From assembly GCA_964413975.1 (NCBI GenBank), contig CAYPUL010000001.1:1-47865 (forward strand): a DNA stretch of 47,865 bases. Reading direction: 5' to 3'. Shown here piece by piece: positions 43,719 through 47,865 of the stretch; within the stretch, counting starts at the first letter, position 1; every line of letters begins with the position of its first letter. The position numbers were made by a program, and so were the translations under genes. The notes below the pieces were generated by a model. It searched no databases, was not told the origin of the DNA, and saw only the letters and a list, made by a program, of their open reading frames with translations. This DNA is from Candidatus Woesearchaeota archaeon (lineage in GTDB: Archaea > Nanobdellota > Nanobdellia > Pacearchaeales > GW2011-AR1).

Positions 43719-44798
43719 ATGGTCCTCGATATTGCGAAGGAGGCAATTGCAAGCGCGCAAACACATAGTATAAACTTTGATGAACTCCGTGCAGGAAAAG
43801 CTAATATTAAGGTCTTTGGTGTTGGTGGCGCAGGGTGCAATGCAATAACATGGCTTTTTAATAAGGGTATTGATGGCGCAACAATCTATGGTATAAATAC
43901 TGATGCCCTCCATCTTAGCATTACAAAGTCAGATGAGAAAGTTCTGATTGGAAAAGAGCTTACTCGTGGTCTAGGTGCGGGTGGTAAACCGAATGTTGGA
44001 CGAGAGGCAGCAAAAGAGTCGATATCAGAACTTAAGCGAGCTACAGGCGGCGCAGACATGGTCTTTGTCCTTGTTGGTCTCGGTGGTGGTACTGGTACTG
44101 GCGCGGCGCCTGTTGTCGCACAACTTGCTAAAGAATCAGGCGCAGTTGTTATAGCAGTAGCAACAATGCCTTTTGATTGTGAAAAAGTACGGCAAGATAA
44201 GGCAGAATTTGGCTTACAAGAGCTAGTTGAAGTGGTTGATACAGCAATCCTTATTGACAACAATCGTCTTGTTGATATTGCCGGCAATCTTCCTATGGAA
44301 CAAGCATTTGCAGTCGCGAACGAATTAGTGAGTACAATGATCAAGGGTATCGTAGAAACGATTAAACTTCCTTCATTGATCAATCTCGACTATGCAGACG
44401 TTGCTGCAATCATGAAAAACGGCGAGGTTGCAGTTATCGGTGTTGGCGAATCTGATACAACATCACGAGTCGACGAAGCAGTACGCCAAGCACTAACCCA
44501 ACCACTTCTTGATGTTGACTATAGGGGTGCAACTGGAGCATTGATTCACATTACTTGTGGTCCTGATTTCAAACTCGAAGAATTTTCAAGTGTCGGTGAA
44601 CTCGTTACAGAAAACATTAGCCCGGAAGCTCAGGTAATTATTGGTGCGCGCATCAATAAAGACTTTGCAAACCGCGTTCGTATTATTACCATTATGACTG
44701 GTGTAAAATCTCCCTATGTTCTCGGACGAGCAACATATAAGGAACAAGAACGCGCAGTGTCAGAAATGTCAGAGCTTGGTATAGAAGTTTTTAGATAA
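43719..44798 (+). CDS. ftsZ: Cell division protein FtsZ
   Basis: IKVFGVGGAGCNAI, GLGGGTGTGAAPVVA (tubulin signature) and NTDALHL. AGGAGG at 43699-43704. TATA-like AAATATATAAAGG at about 43657-43669. Confidence 0.95.
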   Translation: MVLDIAKEAIASAQTHSINFDELRAGKANIKVFGVGGAGCNAITWLFNKGIDGATIYGINTDALHLSITKSDEKVLIGKELTRGLGAGGKPNVGREAAKESISELKRATGGADMVFVLVGLGGGTGTGAAPVVAQLAKESGAVVIAVATMPFDCEKVRQDKAEFGLQELVEVVDTAILIDNNRLVDIAGNLPMEQAFAVANELVSTMIKGIVETIKLPSLINLDYADVAAIMKNGEVAVIGVGESDTTSRVDEAVRQALTQPLLDVDYRGATGALIHITCGPDFKLEEFSSVGELVTENISPEAQVIIGARINKDFANRVRIITIMTGVKSPYVLGRATYKEQERAVSEMSELGIEVFR

Positions 44799-44800
44799 TC

Positions 44801-44829
44801 TTTATTTTTTCTTCTTTTTTTTCTTTATT
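44801..44829 (+). terminator. Oligo-T tract downstream of ftsZ
   Basis: TTTATTTTTTCTTCTTTTTTTTCTTTATT immediately after the stop. Archaeal terminators are typically T-runs. Confidence 0.4.
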
Positions 44830-45184
44830 GACTTGTAGTATATAATCTGTAAAAAGCTGGGGTTTTGAGTGAACTAGATAGTGCAACGCCTGGACCATGC
44901 GCGAGACAAAAGCGTCACAAAGCCATAATCTTTTCTCTTAATCTTTCTATCCTCTCATTGTTTAGTTGATCAAGATATTTTCTTATTGAATGCTGAAAAT
45001 TAAAAACAAGGGATGATCTTTTTTTTGTTGTCCTATGGCTTGAGAGATTTTTCCTGATTTTTATAAAGGAATTATGGACTTTTTCAGGGTGGTTTATTTG
45101 AATACTTAAAATCCCTTAATAAAATATTGAAAAGAGCCTTTGAAGTGAAAGGTTGCAATTGTTACAGGAGGAATTAAAGGAATT

Positions 45185-45766
45185 TTAACTTGGTGGTCGA
45201 TAGTCTTCTTTGTCTTCTTCAAATATTGTCGGTCTTCTTTTATTTCCCCAGCGCTCCCAGTGAACTGTCGTCTCAAGTGATCGCTTTTTCCTTCCAGCGC
45301 TTCCTTTTTGCGGTAACTCGTATCCGACAGGAATAATCGCTTCAATCTGCATGTGCTGCGGGATCTTTAACTTCTCCTTTATGAGTTCATCAGGATATGA
45401 TCCTACCCAACATCCACTTAGTCCTGTATTAGTTAGTGATAGTAAGATTGTCTGAATTACTGCTCCTGCTTGTTGTCTGGAATAGACACGCCCTCGTTCT
45501 CCGTACATATTCTCTAAGTGAATATCATCAGAGACTACGATAATAAACAATGACGCTTCAGCCATCCATAACTGCTCAGCTAGCGAAGCTAGATCCTGTA
45601 GCATTTCTCTATCTTCTACAATAATGAATCGCATATTGGTATTATTTCCTGCAAATGGTCCTTGCAATGCTGCGTCGATTGCATCTATCGCGTCCTTCCA
45701 ACTCGCACGCTTTTTCAGAAAACTCCGAACAGATTTCCGTTGTTTTACTGCCTCATTAAAGTCCAT
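45185..45766 (-). CDS. Nitroreductase-family protein
   Basis: N-terminal AVKQRKSVRSF signature and overall length and pattern (193 aa). Confidence 0.8.
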   Translation of the reverse strand: MDFNEAVKQRKSVRSFLKKRASWKDAIDAIDAALQGPFAGNNTNMRFIIVEDREMLQDLASLAEQLWMAEASLFIIVVSDDIHLENMYGERGRVYSRQQAGAVIQTILLSLTNTGLSGCWVGSYPDELIKEKLKIPQHMQIEAIIPVGYELPQKGSAGRKKRSLETTVHWERWGNKRRPTIFEEDKEDYRPPS

Positions 45767-45799
45767 AGAGTAAAAAAGGAACTCCTCTATAAAAACCTT

Positions 45800-46900
45800 T
45801 CAGTGTAATCTCATCTCTCCCCCGCCGATAAGAGTTTTGTCATTGTATACTACCAGTGCCTGTCCTTCAGCGATTCCCCAAACAGGTTTCTTAAAAGTGA
45901 ATATGAATCTTCCTCCTCTTTTCATCAAGCTTCCTTGATATAATGCCCCTCGATGTCGTATTCTCCCTCTTAATTCTTGTCGTTGTATCTGATTGTTATT
46001 TGTGATAAACCGAAATCTCTTAAGGAATACTTTCTTCTGCTGTAGTAACTGATTTTCCCTAGGTGCAACTAGCATTTTATTCCCTATTTTTTTTGCTGCA
46101 ACATATAGCTTTATTTTTCTCCATCGCTTGGCTTTTTCATTGAAAACAAAATCTTTTCCTTCACCAATGCGTTCTCCAATCGTGAAATACATGGTTCCTG
46201 GATGCGTTCCGATTATCTCGCCCAAAGGCGAGATTATATCTCCTCTCTTTTTTTTAATTCTTTTCTCTAAAAATGCTTTCATATCTATTTTTCCAATAAA
46301 ACAGATTCCCCGTGTTCCTTGCTTATTCCAATTTGGAAATCTGTTCTTTCGTGCGAGTGCTCGAACTTCATTTTTCCGATAATTACCGAGTGGAAAAAGC
46401 GTATGTCTTAGATCTTCTTGAGTAAGTTCATGTAAAAAATACGATTGATCTTTCTCCTTGTCAATCCCGCGTAATAACTTGTATCCTCTTGTTGTATGCT
46501 TAACTTTTGCATAATGTCCTGTCGCGATAAGATCAGCCCCAAGCTTTCGTGCTTTTTTCCATAAGAATGGGAATTTGATAATGCGATTACATGCTATATC
46601 TGGATTCGGTGTTAGGCCTTTCGTATAGTCTTTGTACATACGATTGATTACTGTGCGTTTATATTCCTTTTCAGCGTCGATTGTTATTATTGGGATGTTT
46701 AGGATAGCAGCAATGTGCTGTGCCATTCTCCATTCCTCTCTCCAATGACACTCGCCACTTAAGGGATCTTTTCTGTCAGAGTAATTTTTCATAAACGCTC
46801 CGATAACTTTATATCCTTTTTTCTTCAACAGAAAAGCAGCTACACTTGAATCAACGCCTCCTGACATTCCAACTAGGACTGTTTTTTTCTGACTCTTCAT
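45800..46900 (-). CDS. mnmA: tRNA-specific 2-thiouridylase
   Basis: PP-loop VLVGMSGGVDSSVAA, TPNPDIACN, ATGHYA and DQSYFL motifs. First ATG at 46900 (the track start 46915 is TTG). Confidence 0.9.
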   Translation of the reverse strand: MKSQKKTVLVGMSGGVDSSVAAFLLKKKGYKVIGAFMKNYSDRKDPLSGECHWREEWRMAQHIAAILNIPIITIDAEKEYKRTVINRMYKDYTKGLTPNPDIACNRIIKFPFLWKKARKLGADLIATGHYAKVKHTTRGYKLLRGIDKEKDQSYFLHELTQEDLRHTLFPLGNYRKNEVRALARKNRFPNWNKQGTRGICFIGKIDMKAFLEKRIKKKRGDIISPLGEIIGTHPGTMYFTIGERIGEGKDFVFNEKAKRWRKIKLYVAAKKIGNKMLVAPRENQLLQQKKVFLKRFRFITNNNQIQRQELRGRIRHRGALYQGSLMKRGGRFIFTFKKPVWGIAEGQALVVYNDKTLIGGGEMRLH

Positions 46901-46950
46901 ACAACGAGCCAACAAAAAGACATTTATAATGATTACGCCTTTCTTTTTCT

Positions 46951-47172
46951 ATGGCAGAGAGCGTGTCAACTGGGGGTGTCAAGTCATTTACGTACCCTAA
47001 GGGGTATGGTCCCAAACTTACTTTAGAACAAAAGCGAGAGATTAGAGATGCTTACCTGCAATATGAGGAGCGAAGAGAACGTCAAAGAAAAGAGAAACGA
47101 GTGCGAATGATTATTATTGGTATTATTGTGCTTCTTATTATTCTTGTGATACTCTTCTTTTGGAGATCTTGA
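46951..47172 (+). CDS. Small tail-anchored membrane protein (73 aa)
   Basis: Charged N-terminal half (RRERQRKEKR) and a C-terminal TM (MIIIGIIVLLIILVILFFW). Confidence 0.5.
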   Translation: MAESVSTGGVKSFTYPKGYGPKLTLEQKREIRDAYLQYEERRERQRKEKRVRMIIIGIIVLLIILVILFFWRS

Positions 47173-47174
47173 TA

Positions 47175-47813
47175 TTATATACTCCGGAATCGCTGCGATG
47201 CAAGGATATAACCGATAAATGCGATATTTAGTAAGATAGCTGTCATCGCTTCAAGCGCCGCTATAAACTTGTTTGTCCTTATCGGAGTGAAGTCGCCATA
47301 CCCGACTGTCGTAAAGGTAATTGCGCTATAATAGAGTGAGTCAGGGAAGGATATTGTTGTTGGTTTGCTTAGATACAAGAATTGTGTATGGTTCGCATAG
47401 TATGCTCCAGCGAATAAAAGAATGATCATAGTCACAAAAAACCCGTAACTTATAATAAATACTACAACTCTCTTTGATTTCAATAGATGATCAATCCAGG
47501 GAATCAATCCAACCGAGTATATCATTACAAAGACTATAACCATAATGATAATCGAATTTATCTGTTCTCTTAAGATGAGATTGATGATACCAAAAGTAAC
47601 AATAATCGCGAGTGCTGTGTAGTCTTCAAAAATGCTTCCGCCGATGCGACGCATATCATAGATACGTAATCCAACAAAAGCTAGGATTAATAGTGTTGTG
47701 AACAATGGTGGCGCGTGTAAGTACTGTTCAGAAAACAAGGATCCTAATAAAAGAGCAGCGATAATAACTGCTAGTATGAACTCGGCTCTTTGGAAGGACA
47801 CTCTTTTTTTCAT
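47175..47813 (-). CDS. Potassium channel (ion_trans_2 family)
   Basis: Selectivity filter TFTTVGYGDF near the C-terminus, preceded by several TM helices. 212 aa. Confidence 0.85.
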   Translation of the reverse strand: MKKRVSFQRAEFILAVIIAALLLGSLFSEQYLHAPPLFTTLLILAFVGLRIYDMRRIGGSIFEDYTALAIIVTFGIINLILREQINSIIIMVIVFVMIYSVGLIPWIDHLLKSKRVVVFIISYGFFVTMIILLFAGAYYANHTQFLYLSKPTTISFPDSLYYSAITFTTVGYGDFTPIRTNKFIAALEAMTAILLNIAFIGYILASQRFRSI

Positions 47814-47865
47814 GCTCTCTTAACGTGCTTTAGCTTTATAAGGCTTGTCGAGAAAACGTCCCGAA

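Noticed and set aside
43886-44383. 165-aa minus-strand ORF inside ftsZ
   Set aside because: It is an antisense shadow of the Gly/Ala-rich tubulin-signature region.
45106-45345. 79-aa minus-strand ORF overlapping the nitroreductase 3' end
   Set aside because: It is a different frame of the same strand overlapping a well-supported gene, with no independent signal.
1-47865. Search for rRNA genes, CRISPR arrays, cas genes, integrases or recombinases, and tRNA introns
   Set aside because: None was found by eye. The only regular repeats are coding (PT linkers, 42/45-bp units, 483-bp domain repeats), and all four tRNAs fold without introns.

Overview
Gene-dense, AT-rich chromosomal segment from an archaeon. 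Archaeal markers are ribosomal protein L15e, transcription factor S, a CDC48/VCP AAA+ ATPase, an archaeal-type signal peptidase, a GatE-type amidotransferase subunit, FtsZ, TATA-like boxes about 25 nt upstream of genes, and four tRNAs without encoded CCA. Many bacterial-type genes sit alongside them: AspRS, MnmA, UppP, a PlsB/PlsC-like acyltransferase and a LivKHMGF ABC transporter. Short domain-reduced enzymes, overlapping genes and large secreted proteins suggest a small-genome, DPANN-like lineage; this is inference only. Housekeeping content: cdc48, an MFS transporter, msrB, tRNA-Ile/Gly/Pro/Lys, a type IA topoisomerase, rpl15e, metG, an NDP-sugar nucleotidyltransferase, the liv operon, uppP, gatE-like, aspS, gatC-like, gatA, ftsZ, a nitroreductase, mnmA and a K+ channel. 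Roughly 28.3-35.6 kb looks like an AT-richer accessory islet. It holds a transposase-like HTH fragment, a wHTH-nucleotidyltransferase/HEPN pair whose HEPN has an in-frame TAA, a MazF/PemK-like toxin-antitoxin pair, an orphan pyrB, and a PepSY/membrane-protein/double-wHTH regulator cluster sharing a repeated 17-nt motif. The most unusual observations: (1) a GatE-type subunit and a bacterial-type AspRS have both lost their homologous GAD-like insertion domain, and they sit beside gatC/gatA rather than gatD; (2) a 900-aa secreted protein has three tandem copies of an unnamed Cys-bracketed domain joined by Pro-Thr microsatellite linkers; (3) a GxQIGxxN repeat protein is encoded by 42/45-bp tandem repeats; (4) a ~2-kb cassette is flanked by 13-bp perfect inverted repeats. 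No rRNA, CRISPR array or integrase was seen. All function calls rest on motif recognition by eye, not database searches.
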